DNA of 62,964 nucleotides, counting the filler, from Sphacelaria rigidula (taxonomy: Eukaryota): assembly GCA_964200075.2 (NCBI GenBank). It is 7 parts of 7 records of this genome, joined end to end, with 100 filler letters (N's around TTAATTAATTAA, not from the genome) between each part and the next. Parts side by side here need not be neighbours in the genome. Positions count along the whole stretch, not along the records: positions 45,049 to 53,956 come from CAXNAA020009781.1; positions 54,057 to 62,964 come from CAXNAA020009782.1; 5 more parts are not named here. One strand, written 5' to 3'. The notes beneath the pieces were generated by a model, which saw only the letters and a list, made by a program, of their open reading frames with translations, had not been told where the DNA came from and ran no database searches. Below are positions 51,357 to 62,964 of the stretch, piece after piece; the first letter of the stretch is position 1, and every line of letters starts with the position of its first letter. A program made the position numbers and the translations under genes.

Positions 51357-52315
51357 ACCCTGGACAATAGAATATGTTCCAATATGAAACCAAAACTGTG
51401 TATTGGAGACAGCGCAAATATTGTCCTTTCAATATATATCTTGTGTTGAGATGTCCTCAGAGGAATTGAAGCAACAACATATATTTTTCGTGTCATGATC
51501 ATGAAGTAATGCATGACAATATTGGACACAAAAAATCGAGTATATTTTGTGTATGCCGGCCGTGTATGTATTGAAGTGTCAATACATGATGAGTCGAAGC
51601 GATACGTAACATATTGTGACCATAAAATATATTGAACACGAACCATGCGGAAGTATTGTTTTTTCAATATATATTGTGCACGCTCATCGCATAGCTGTTG
51701 TGCAGCCAAATTTATATTGAACACGCTCGTGGAGGAATATATTGAGCGTTTCCGGCATGTGGTGGTACATCTTTCAATGGCGCCTGCGAACATAGAACTG
51801 ACCACCGTTCTAATTCTAATACACTTTTCAATCCACATGTTGAAAATCAATATATATATATACATTGCTACTGTACACCAATATGTATTGTGACCGTCCC
51901 TTACCTCGTGTATTGTCCGCCCCATATATATTGGACGCATTGACGCACGACATATTGGGACGGCAATATATATTGGCCCTTCGGGTGTTGAGTATATTGA
52001 ATCATCAACATATATTGACCTCGTGTGGCAGCCAATATATTACTCCACAAATATACATACTAGTGCCTGACCGCACTAACATGTTACTCGGCCAATATGT
52101 TTTGAGGTGGCGCGTGTCGTGATATATTGTTCGGTCGATATATATTGCATGTCGCGAGACTTGACATATTGATGGCACAAATTAATATTGACCCTCTCTC
52201 GTGCCATCATATTGCTCGCCCAATATATATATATATTGATCACCCGACGCGTCGACATGTTGAGCGGGCAATATTTGAGCGGGCAATATGTATTACATTC
52301 TGTATTGTCCAGGGT
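51357..52315. mobile_element. Non-autonomous TIR element (family J) filled with palindromic CAATATATATTG motifs
   Basis: ACCCTGGACAATAGAAT...ATTCTGTATTGTCCAGGGT termini; many internal ATATTG/CAATAT motifs; intronic. Confidence 0.7.
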
Positions 52316-52837
52316 GTGGAAATATCAGAACTAAACCGATCATATGCGGATATTGAAAAAGTAATTATAAAGCATATATATATATATATATATATGAAAA
52401 GAATAACAAGAGAACTATAATTCATAAACGAACGGTAATAATACAAAAATAAAGAACAACGTGAAGAATAATTATTCATAAATAATGATATAATGCTTTT
52501 GATATGATATTAAACAGCCTTAAGATCACCGAAGGTCACAAAAAGTGCAGGGGGTGGGGAGGATTATCCAGGCACGACATGCACACAAGACGCGCCATCT
52601 TCTCGCACAAACTCTACTGTAATTTCATCAACAACCCCTCCCTCATGAGACTGTGACTTAACCCTCTGAGTTCAATCCTCTCGTCCCTACCCTGTGTACT
52701 GTAAAGGATGACGGGGGGTGCGGGAGCTACGTGGGAGATCCGGGTACCCATCGTCCAAAAGAAACTAACGGAAGTCGCTAATTCCTTTCTCCACGGGTAC
52801 CATCCATCATGCACTGCCCTGCCCGTAAACGACTTGC

Positions 52838-52983
52838 CTTTCCTTGGACTGGTACTGGAAGTTACGGTTGGCCACCGCGGGAACCAGCGCACCCAAAAAG
52901 ATCACCATGATGACTCCGTATGACAGCCCGAGCGGTCGGATGAACTGCCAAGTTACGTTTGGGGTTGTAATGCTCTGGTTAGT
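52838..52983 (-). CDS. Two-pore-channel-like gene, visible exon 1 (TNQSITTPNVTWQFIRPLGLSYGVIMVIFLGALVPAVANRNFQYQSKE)
   Basis: CAG acceptor; S6-like hydrophobic helix; ends AG|GCAAGT in phase 2, matching exon 2; not in the supplied ORF track. Confidence 0.65.
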
Positions 52984-53009
52984 CTGGTGAGAGACAAGAA
53001 GTGGCTTGA

Positions 53010-53110
53010 AGGTTAGGGCTACGGCTAGGATTAAGGGAAGGAATGAGGATAGCGTAGAGAATGACGGCTAGGGTATAGGGTTAGGGTATAGGGCTAGGGG
53101 AAGGGCTAGA
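53010..53110. repeat. Degenerate TTAGGG-like hexamer tract
   Basis: GGTTAGGGCTACGGCTAGGATTAAGG...TAGGGTATAGGGTTAGGGTATAGGGCTAGGG. Confidence 0.55.
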
Positions 53111-53872
53111 GTAACCACGACAGGCGCAAGCACGACACGAGCGCGACGGAGGTCGAAGAGTGAAACACACATGATGGAACAAGCAACGCTAGGATACGCG
53201 GGAGTGCGCAACGAAATGTTCAGATCCATCACCATCGATATCATTGTCTTGTGATCCTCAATAAGCATGGAGGTACGGTTGTAACGATGAGGTTTGAAGT
53301 ACAGAGTAGAAACCAGCGTATACAGCAGACAGATACAGTGTGAGGCGTGTCCGAAATCAGCAAGTTAGGAATAGATACAAAATACATGAAGTTTCGACAG
53401 AACGGAAGTACAACAGTATGGTGGTGCAACCAAAGATTGAAATTGGGATAAAACGCAGGATTCATGGAAGTAGAAGTTGAAGAAAAGAAAAGAAAAACAC
53501 ACACACGCACAAAGATTCAAGAATATGGTTTGCTACCGTTCAGTGACATTCTACACTGCTTCTCCACAAACCGCAAAAAAAACGTAGGCTGATGATTGAT
53601 TGATTGATTGTCCCACATCAAGTAATATCGACGTGCAAAAAATAAAATCTGCGTGAGGAAGTTATACGAAAGGATCTTCGATACAGGGGCGTGCTCAATG
53701 TACCTTTTTTTAGTGATCCAGCCTGGATAATTTATTTACAGTTTTGCTCCAAACCTCACAGGAATCGTGAAACTTTCACCTCCCCCACCCCCGGAAACCC
53801 GGCGTGCTCCGTCCCGACTTTGTAGGGATGCGAGATCAACGGTCATATGGCAACGGTATGTAAGATCACGAG

Positions 53873-53904
<32 letters not shown>

Positions 53905-53956
53905 GCCCCCCACGCGGCGACGCCCTAAAAGCTCTGCCACGGAGTAGGAAACACAA

Positions 53957-54056
53957 NNNNNNNNNNNNNNNNNNNNNNNNNNNNNNNNNNNNNNNNNNNN
54001 TTAATTAATTAANNNNNNNNNNNNNNNNNNNNNNNNNNNNNNNNNNNNNNNNNNNN
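53957..54056. other. Artificial contig linker
   Basis: Same 100-bp structure. Confidence 0.98.
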
Positions 54057-54089
<33 letters not shown>

Positions 54090-54508
54090 GTCGTCCCATT
54101 TATTCTGGGCGCCAGTCTGCATCTTTCGGTATACGTGGGCGCACCAGCTGGGATCACACAGGAGGAACGTCATCACAGGAGCTTTTTTTTTTGTTTGTTT
54201 TTAGTATCCCACCGTCCTTCTGCGGTGCTTGCCTTTTTATTTTTTATTGCGAGACGGGTCCAGCAGTTCCTTTCCCTCGTAGACCGCGAGGGTAGTCTTC
54301 CTGGAACATGCATACTTTTTTCAAGTGGAATTGGTGCCGAGTCAACAGAAAGACTATCGTCGCGGTCTAAGGGTTAAGTCGCATTTTGTGTGCCCACGAC
54401 ATAGTCGCTCTCCACTTTTGGGCTTGTTGATCGTTCCAGGAATTGAACCTCACTACTCAACCATTAGAAGGTTACGAGGTTACCAACTGAGCCACCGGGG
54501 CGACCGGC
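54057..54508 (-). mobile_element. tRNA-derived SINE with (CA)n tail, interrupted by a family A MITE at about 54280-54377
   Basis: Minus-strand head GCCGGTCGCCCCGGTGGCTCAGTTGG...GGTTCAATTCC; (GT)n at 54057-54085. Confidence 0.75.
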
Positions 54509-55539
54509 TCAAGGTACAAGCCGCAAAAGTAATATGATATTAATACGCCCTAAGGATTTGGGAGTTGGTGTCTGAACCTAACTCAAGCACGCTCCGACCG
54601 TGGGTGGGCGTAGACTGCCTCAGTTGAATGTGCATGGGAACAGGGTGAATCATCAACATGAAGTACCGTACTTAAGCATCACTGGTATTGTTTGTGGTCG
54701 TCCCATCTATTCTGTGTTGTAATAATAAGCAAGCTCTCACCATGCTTGGGCGCTGCACTGAATGTAGCGCCGTTTCAACTATTCGCCACGACCCGACTAG
54801 CTTGTGCGGGATCTGAATCTCTATGTGTGTACATCATGGATGATACTCGACCGCACAGCTCGTGTGCCATCACTCTCTCCTGCGCGGCGTCAAGGTTGTT
54901 GGCGGGAGGATGCGCAAAGCGCGGGTGGCGAAGAATGCCCAGTCTCTGACTGCAGTGGGTGTTGATGAGAGTTGAGACGTACTGTACATTATGTAGGATC
55001 AAACTGTCGACAATTAGATTCGGATCTTGTCGGGTCAAAGGCGTCGTTTTGAGCTCTGCGAACGCGCACCTAGCCGGGGACACCCTCTGAACCACCCTGA
55101 ATGAGGGGTTTTCCGGCTGTTTCGGGTTTAGGGTCGAGGGTCGAGTGACGGTTAACCCTTAGACTGCAAACCCCCCTCAGATGGACTCAGATGGACTGTG
55201 CCATATTCGGGATCCAGAACAGCTCTTGTCGATACATACAACGCCTTTTTTGCACCGACATGAGGATGTTGCGCATCTGCATTGAAAATATTTTATTTTT
55301 TTCCATTACTTTTTTATTTGTCGCACTTTGAATCCCTCCCCTTCCTTGGGCCGACTCCGCGGTCTGAAGGGATCAACGCATCTTTCCCCGATACACGCCT
55401 TTCATCTTGGTCTCGCGGATTAGGTCACGACTATCAGTTCTCCCGCACCGCGTCACCTCTCTTCAAACAAACTCAGTCGACTGCTTTGCTTACTCACGTT
55501 CTCACGCCGTCCACGGTGGAAATCGCATGCTACGCAGGA

Positions 55540-55571
<32 letters not shown>

Positions 55572-56339
55572 TCGGGAATCGACCCCTCATTCTCTTCACT
55601 CTAATGGCGACAGTCGGACCATTACACCAACGGGGCGCAATCAATGTAGTCCCGGAGAAACCCTGACCGGTCTTGACCCTGCAGTAGGTGTGCTGTATGT
55701 CTTCGCTTTAAGGGCGTATCTTACGAACTGGGCCAGCCTTGAAGCTGATTTGTAGTTTGCAGGCCCATTCTCCCATCATTTTTTTAGAATTGGACCCCGA
55801 AAGTTGGTATGGATAATGCACAGGGCATAATTAAAAAATACCTTCGTCGAGCGAATAATTTTTTTTTCATGATATAAGGGCATTGTACTGAGACCTAGAA
55901 AGTTATGATGCTCTCTTCACGGTCCATACCAAATTTCAGGGGCCACGTAAAAAGTCTGATGAGGAAATCGGCCGTCTAGTAACCGGCTCGTTAGAAATTC
56001 GGAACAGTGTCTTTGCACGCCAGTTACCGGCCCACGTCTGATGTTTGTGTATTTCAATTTTGTGTGGGACCTCGCTAGGGCATAATGAGCCAAAAAAGGG
56101 GGTCAGGTTGTTGTTTTTTTCCGCTGGTTTAGGGCGTTTTAACATGCTCACTATGATAATTTGTCACGAGAACGCCTCAACCTCTAGGAAAAAGAAATGA
56201 AGTTCCATTTTTATGTTCAGCATGTCTTTGTGATTCTCCATACTAAGTTTCTAACCTTGATTGAAAAAATTGCGCTAGAAACCTGAGGTGAGGTGCGGCA
56301 GCAACGTTTATTTTCCCTTGAAACTCCGCCAAGGCTACT

Positions 56340-56795
56340 TGTTATGTATTCAAAAAAAATCTTACTGAAAAGTGCATTTTTGACCCTTCTCAATCGTATT
56401 TCTTCGCCCAAATTGAGGGCCAGGCTGATGTTGACACCTTGGAATGACTTGCTGCGCTCGTTGAGACGGTTCCAGAGTACCTTCGCGTTTTCCGTAGGTC
56501 GCAGTTTTGTTTTTGACCAAATTTGCATTCTCAACAACAAATGGCCAACTTATTCAAAAACAGGGTGAAAACTGCCATTTTTCTGATAACTTTTTTGTAC
56601 TTGAAAGTGTAAGTTTGGTCAAAAGTAAAACGGCGACTTACGAGAAACGCAAAGGTGCTCTGGAACGGTCTCAACGAGCACAGCAATCATTCCAAGGTGT
56701 CAGCATCCGCCTGGCCCTCTTGTCGGGCGAAAAACGATTGAGAAGGGTCAAAAATGCACTTTTCAACAAGATTTTTTTTTTCATACATGAGAACT
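56340..56795. mobile_element. Foldback MITE nested in the family B element
   Basis: GAAAAGTGCATTTTTGACCCTTCTCAATCG vs CGATTGAGAAGGGTCAAAAATGCACTTTTC; arms about 180 bp. Confidence 0.85.
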
Positions 56796-57249
56796 AGCCT
56801 AGAGAGACGACGAAAATGAAGAAAAGGACAAAAGCTGTGTGTACGTTTTTTTTGTGTTATGCACTAGCGATTCTCCACACAAAATTTCGAAGCAAAACTC
56901 TCAAAAACTGAGACGCGATATCCAGATTTAGTCCACTTAGTTAGTGCCCATGCTCGTAATATATATTGATATTAGTGCTGAATTTTTGTGCGCCATATCT
57001 CGACATAGATAACAAATTAGGTGAAGGTAAGGGTATCCATCATTTCTCCGTGCTCCAGAGAATGTCCACACCAAAAATCGTCGTCATCCGCCGTATACAT
57101 CGTTCGTGGTTTCACATGGACTTCAGTGTGCACGCTATCTCCGTACGGTATAGGAATTAGTACGAGACATGGGGCTTCGTCAGTCCGAAAAATTTGGCCC
57201 AGATTTTTCAAGCAGGTAGGCACCTTCCCCTTGATCGGGCAAATAGGGC

Positions 57250-57431
57250 GCGTCTTAGCACGTTAGTTTTTGATCGAAATTGTGGGGTAGAAAACAAGAA
57301 TCCCGATATGACAGGTCGTAATTTCAACCATCGTCGTTAATTTTGAAGACGTTTGAAATCACGGCCCATCACATCAGGATTTTTGTTTCCCAGCGCACTT
57401 TTTCGATAGATAACTGATGTGCTAAGACACG
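57250..57431. repeat. Imperfect hairpin or MITE, arms about 85 bp
   Basis: CGTCTTAGCACGTTAGTT...AACTGATGTGCTAAGAC. Confidence 0.65.
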
Positions 57432-60400
57432 ATCTTTTGGACTGAAAAAAGTCACTGACAAAAGCTCGGGCGGACGACTTTTCTCAGTGACTTTTTTCAG
57501 AGGAATCAGTTTTCAAAACCCCACCTTATACTGTAGTATGAAAAAATCCTGGGGATCTGTACATCATCTAGCCTGCGTGCAGACGGTGGTGGTGGTCATC
57601 ATTTGCGTTTTGTGCTTGTGCCACTTGCGGTAAACTAATATGTAAATAATCCCATCCAGGTACAGGATAGGTGGGAGGGCAACACACACACCGTAGCTAC
57701 AAGTGCAATAGGGATCGAAATGACAGGCGTATTGAACTTCAGCCGACCGCCGCTTGGTGCAGTAGTATTGTCGCAAGCGGTGCAGTGTACAGCAGACGGT
57801 TTGTGCCTTACCGTACACAACAAACTCACGTAATAGTCAGTAGTGCGGTAGCAACCGTCTCAGTACATGAAACACTACAGAGTTCGCAGTCGGTGGCGGG
57901 CAGGACGACGAGCATGAAACGATACGAGCAGTCAACGCAGCCAGCAGGGGCGACGTCGTGCTCTTTTATAGTAGTAACGCTACCGGCAAAAAAGCACAGT
58001 ACTGTGCTGTCTGTCCCTGGTTCCACGGTCATGAAGAGGATACACGGAGTACTGCAGCAGCTATGCTGTTGCCACGGTACTGTACATATAACATTCACAG
58101 CTATTTTTGCACTGACTGTTTTACACTTCTGTGCGAGGAGTGTGGGATGGAGTACTGACTGTACCATTGCGAGTGCGGTGTGCAAGGAGCGTGTGACCGT
58201 CAATTCCCAAATAGAGAAAAGTCTCTGGGAACTATATGCTTTTCCCAAAGAGATTTGGAACAATCGCGCTGGTTAGAAACGGCCGTCAGTTTCCAGATAC
58301 TCTTTTTCATTAAAAATGTTCTTGTGAGGTCACGTTCTGAAAAAGAGTATCTGGAAACTGACCAAAATGACCTTTCACGGTGATTTTTTTCAGTCTAGAA
58401 GGAGACGATTAATACGATATGCTGATCACAGCCCAACTCGTGTGTGTCGATGAAACATTGCTTTGAGAGCTTTAACCCGTTTCTAGTCTGGGCCAGCCTG
58501 TAGCACTTTTCCCCCCGATTTTTATTCGATCGAGAAGCTGGGGTGGTGAAATTCATTTGAGCGAAAATCGCTAATTTTTTGTAGAGTTGGGTCCAAGCGA
58601 ATTTTCAAGCTTTCAATCGAAAAAGGACTGAAATTCGTGAAACGGTACACGGTCACTCGTGTACAGTACAGTCTGCACTGTCGGCACTGCTTGCAAGCAG
58701 CGTGTCTTGAGTACATGTGTGCGTGTTTCGTACAGTAGGATTTTAAAGACGAGCGGGCAACGTGCACTGCAGACAGCCCACGACTATTGAATCTCTCTGC
58801 TTACAATGCGACGTGAAAAGGAATTCAACGTACAGCTTTGTACGGTCTGCACTGTCCATGAGCGTGTACGCAACTCGGTTGCCCACCGTACCACGCAGTC
58901 CCGTCGCTGATCTTACCATCAAAGAATATGTGCAAGTTTTCGCCACCAAAAAGCAAACGAAGCATACCCAGCTACTGCAGTGTATCTATCCCTGTGCTGA
59001 ACTCGTGCTCTACGCTGTATGCAGGGTTGCGGTGGTAGCTGAGGATGAGTTGAATGGAGTTTGCATGGTTCTGTGAACGGGTGTTATCTGGCGTGGTGGC
59101 CTGTAAGATAGGAATCAAGTGCCGCTTCGCGCCTTTCGACCGTATGTTTTCGAATGCATTCATGAGCTTAGCTTTATTGTTCTGTAGCTTTTCTACGCGC
59201 GCCACTCATTATAAATATGAGTCGAAGCCTTCTAGGAACATAAATGCGGTGGACCTATTAGATTGAGAGAAGAATATCGACTGCACTCTTGTAATAAAAA
59301 AAAAGTGATGATACACGCCCTAATACATACAACAGCAAGACACAGTCAGGGTGCCATTAGTCTCCGCTGAATACAGTCTCCTCCATGCCGCCGATGTCTC
59401 TGCTAAGTATTCCGCAACAACAGTACACAGATTGTGTGAAACTATGCTGGCAACGCATGAAGGGTCAGGTAGGCAGCGTTAACCACGAGCAGAGGGTTAA
59501 ACACGTCATTTGTACCCATGTAACCTATGGTTGATTTTGGCATGACCAAAATAAGATGGACAGTGAAGTGGTCCATCTGAAGGGGAACAAAGTGAATATT
59601 TTGAAAACCGTGGTGGGTCACTGTGCTCCTCTCGAGCCTCGCTCCTCGCTCAGCAGTATTCATGGGAAACTTCCAATACACGTAGTCGACTGGGTGAGCT
59701 TTTCGGCTCATTTGCGAACCGGCCCCCACCCTCCTGCCCCCTGGGAACCCCCAGATGTCCCTAGACTGCCAGCCGATGAAACTGTTCTGAGGCGACGCTC
59801 GTTATCTAGGGGTTAACATAACATGATCCACTTGAACCTCAATATTTCAGTTTTTTTTTTCAGCTGACCCTCGCTTGGTGGCCATGCTAATCCCCTTGTG
59901 TCATCTGTCTTGTCTGTTCTTTCCCTGTTCTTTCGGTCTGCATATTCTAGCAGTCCGATTTTTTTTTCTTCTTTATCCCGTTGAACTCAGGGAAGCTACT
60001 CGTACTTCCCACATGTTTTCTTGGCGTCTCTCTTCCTTTTTTCATTTTGGTGATATTTTTAGTATATTGCGTTCGTTCTTATAATTGGACTGGAGTCTGA
60101 GAAAATAATGACGAGGACTCCATGTCTTGAAAGGAATAGCAGGGACGGTGTTGGAGAGACGAGCGTACTTCTGCGACCACGGGTTCGAGAGATCGGACTA
60201 ATGTGCGGAAATAATTAGAAGAATTGTTCTATAATAACATATTCAGGTAATGTCAGCCTGAGATTTCCCCCCCCCGCTCGGACTTCCTAGATCGAGGGAG
60301 TCGTCGTCGAAGGGGCGTGTGATGGCGATAACGGTGCTGTGTTGAACATTACAGCTTTGACTCATGTGACGGCATTCGCGGCGTCATTTGGGTACGCAAA

Positions 60401-62964
60401 TACGTGTACAACGAGAGGGGACATAGCTCGCGCAAACCATGTACTTGCCAATATAGTGACCGTTTATACGAACCGTCGAGTGTCATCCACGACCGTATCG
60501 CAGTCAATTGTCAAGTTCGAGTATCAACGAAAACGTGAGACGAACCGCGGTCACGGACGTGATTGGGCAGCACCATGATATTGATTTTGATTGATTGTTT
60601 GATGCACTTAAGCTGACCTCCCATGAATCCAGGCGTGGTCACGTGATGGTTTTGTTTATTCACAGTTTGTTGTGCGATTTTTTTCTGAGGGAAGCTCACG
60701 ATTGAACGGGAACCGAAGAGAGCTTTTGTATCCACGTGTGTTGGCAGGAAGACCGCCGCTTTAGCCATGCTGACTTGTCTGGGCGTTGTTGTGCCTGTCG
60801 TGCTTTCGAACAACGCCTGGTTAGTCAGGTCCACTCGTACGACAGGCGATCTGGACCCGAAAAAGTGAGGTTTGATCACTCGGGTAACTTGAGGATAAAA
60901 CTGGAGTTTCCCAGATCATCGGATCAATCTTGTAGGATTTTGGTAATGTGATCAAGGGTCGGACGAATGTGTGATTCGTCTGGAAATTACTTGATTGTAG
61001 TGTGCTTGATTCGTACCGTAGGGATCAACCCTTAGGCTTCGTTTTCAGCGTTGCACACCAGGTACGCGTAGCCCAGGCACGTACGTGGAATGGCGCAAAA
61101 ATTGCGTCGAGCTCTTTTTAAGCAACGGTCAATTTTGTTTTGCTCTTTCGAGCAATGAGGCCTGAAAAGTCGTGGATCTGGTGACTCGGACCGGCGATGA
61201 CCGTGAATTTTATGTGATGGTGACGTTGTTGGCCGTGTCCAACAAATCACCGGTGTACAAAAACGGTTACACCGGAAAACAAGTCCAATAGTTTCAGCTT
61301 TCCCCTCAACGTTTGCCACGCGTGTGTGTGTGACTAGCTATTGTTCGTGAGCATGACAAGCACGGCAACGCTCTGGCCCAAATCAAGATGACTGGAACGA
61401 CTAGGCTTTTACTTATTATGCTAGCATAATTTTTCACCGCAGGGGTGGGATTACGGATCTAAATGCTGGCCTGCTGTGATATTTTTGGGGAAAACTCTGC
61501 TATCATCGCCCGCGGGTCTGAAATACGTTTATGCTCTGGGAGTAGTCATTCAAATTGCCAGTCTGATCGATCGCAGGTCTGAAAAACGTTCTTTACTAAA
61601 GCACACAACACAAAACATGAACACCTACTATGTCCAGTCTGTAGTCTGTAGTAAACGGCGTACAGCGCACAGCACGCAGCAGATCTTAGCTTCCCAATTT
61701 TCTCGTGTGTTTTGATTTTGTACTTTCTCTGGCGACTTCATTCTTCTTGTCCACTCTACTATTTTACCCAATCTCTACCCCTATGTGTATTTCTTTTTTT
61801 TTACCTTGTTTCCTAGGTTACACCCATCTGACGACCTCCGCTGGATTCGAAGCGGCATCGGCTGATGCGAGACAATCAATCTAACAATCATTCATCAATT
61901 AAATGTCAGTTTTTCGTCTGTCGTTGTCCTTGGACACGAGTTCCTCGACATGGGACAGGCGACGAGTGAACGCATCATGTGATTTCGTGACTTGTCATTT
62001 TGAGTGTGGTGACGAGATGCGTAGAACGTACACTCAGTGTGCCAGATTGTGATGGATATTCAAACCAGAAGGTTGCCTGCCGTATGTCTTGTCTGTACGG
62101 CAGTTAGGGGGCGGCATATAGCACAAGATGTAGTACAGAGGGTACGTGATGATATATAATGATGCACCGTGTACGACAACAGGAAAATACGGTATTCAAT
62201 CGAACTAGTGCAGGTAGGTAGTACTTCGTATATATAAAACATGCCTATACAGTAGTATGCCTTTTTTCGTGTAGATGTTTTGTTCGCGTTCCTCGGCGGG
62301 CAGCTTGATTATGGGTATGGGTGGTACTCTCCTTGCACTCTGTGACCACAGGTTCGAGAGATCGCGCTAATGTGGCGAACATAATAATAGTAATAAATAG
62401 TGATCGATGGGTCTGTATCCGGTCGAAAATTACATATTTGTTGGATATTACGAGTATAAAAAAATGACGTTACTAGCATAATGAGTAAAAGCCTTATTAT
62501 GACCCAAATGTTTGTCATCGAGAGGCTCCCAGAGTGCAGAGCTTCAGAAAAAAATGGTGCACCCCCACCACAGGACCAGTCCTTCCCGCTTGTGCACCCC
62601 AAACCCTTCTTCGTGCTCTACCCGTCTCAAATATGTCTTCCCAACTCATGCTTGTGCACTTTCTCTCTTGTCTTTTGCATTTCATCTGGGTTACTCTCGT
62701 CGTGTCGCGTATTCTCCCCCCCAACCCCAATGCATGGAACCGTTTGATGCACAGACAGTAGCGAAAAAACAATGGCTATACTAGCAGGAGATGGATTGTG
62801 GCCACAGACGACGGAACATTACGGAGATGAGATATGTGGGAGGTTTTTGTGTCATGTATGCAAGGGCAGGTCGAGTATAGTATACTCAATTGCGGGATAT
62901 TTTGAAAGACGTACTTGGGGTACTCAAGTTAGGGTAGAGTGTTGGGAGAGGTACCCAAGAAATA

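Larger units (their letters stand above)
55722..58502. mobile_element. Family B TIR element (opposite orientation to 1143-2304), enlarged by nested insertions
   Basis: 55722-55870 matches the reverse complement of 2160-2304; 56890-57235 matches 1243-1575; 58405-58502 matches 1143-1240; TA at both ends. Confidence 0.75.

Noticed and set aside
50680-52310. CRISPR-like repeat-spacer array
   Set aside because: The motif is only about 12 bp, irregularly spaced, and enclosed by transposon-type TIRs
53010-53110. True telomere or chromosome end
   Set aside because: Short, degenerate and located inside an intron
54430-54508. Functional tRNA gene
   Set aside because: A/B boxes are present but no complete cloverleaf is evident; it continues into a SINE body and tail shared with 47466-47850
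58760-59230. hAT transposase dimerisation domain (PAYSVEHEFSTG)
   Set aside because: Only loosely similar to P.TS...ER.FS, with no other hAT motifs nearby

Overview
This is repeat-rich eukaryotic DNA, not one continuous locus. It is seven contigs of 8910, 8910, 8910, 8909, 8909, 8908 and 8908 bp, in descending size order, joined by identical 100-bp linkers (44 N + TTAATTAATTAA + 44 N). Adjacency across linkers therefore means nothing. Intron-rich gene structure, TTAGGG-type repeats and the retroelement types suggest a brown-alga-like (stramenopile) genome; this is inference, not verified. Most recognisable content is decayed transposons: three Ty3/gypsy gag regions with RT, integrase and chromodomain remnants, one Ty1/copia pol, a tRNA-derived SINE family, and several MITE and foldback families, some nested. 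Five phase-consistent minus-strand exons in contig 6 encode part of a two-pore-channel-like protein and include a probable GC-AG intron. The most unusual item is in contig 2: an open exon encoding a ParB/Sulfiredoxin-fold domain, head-to-head with a degenerate Sola/DUF7869-like transposase fragment and next to other decayed orphan genes, one of which recurs in contig 1. This may be a cargo-carrying DNA transposon. All family calls come from motif recognition by eye; no searches were run, and repeat boundaries are approximate.
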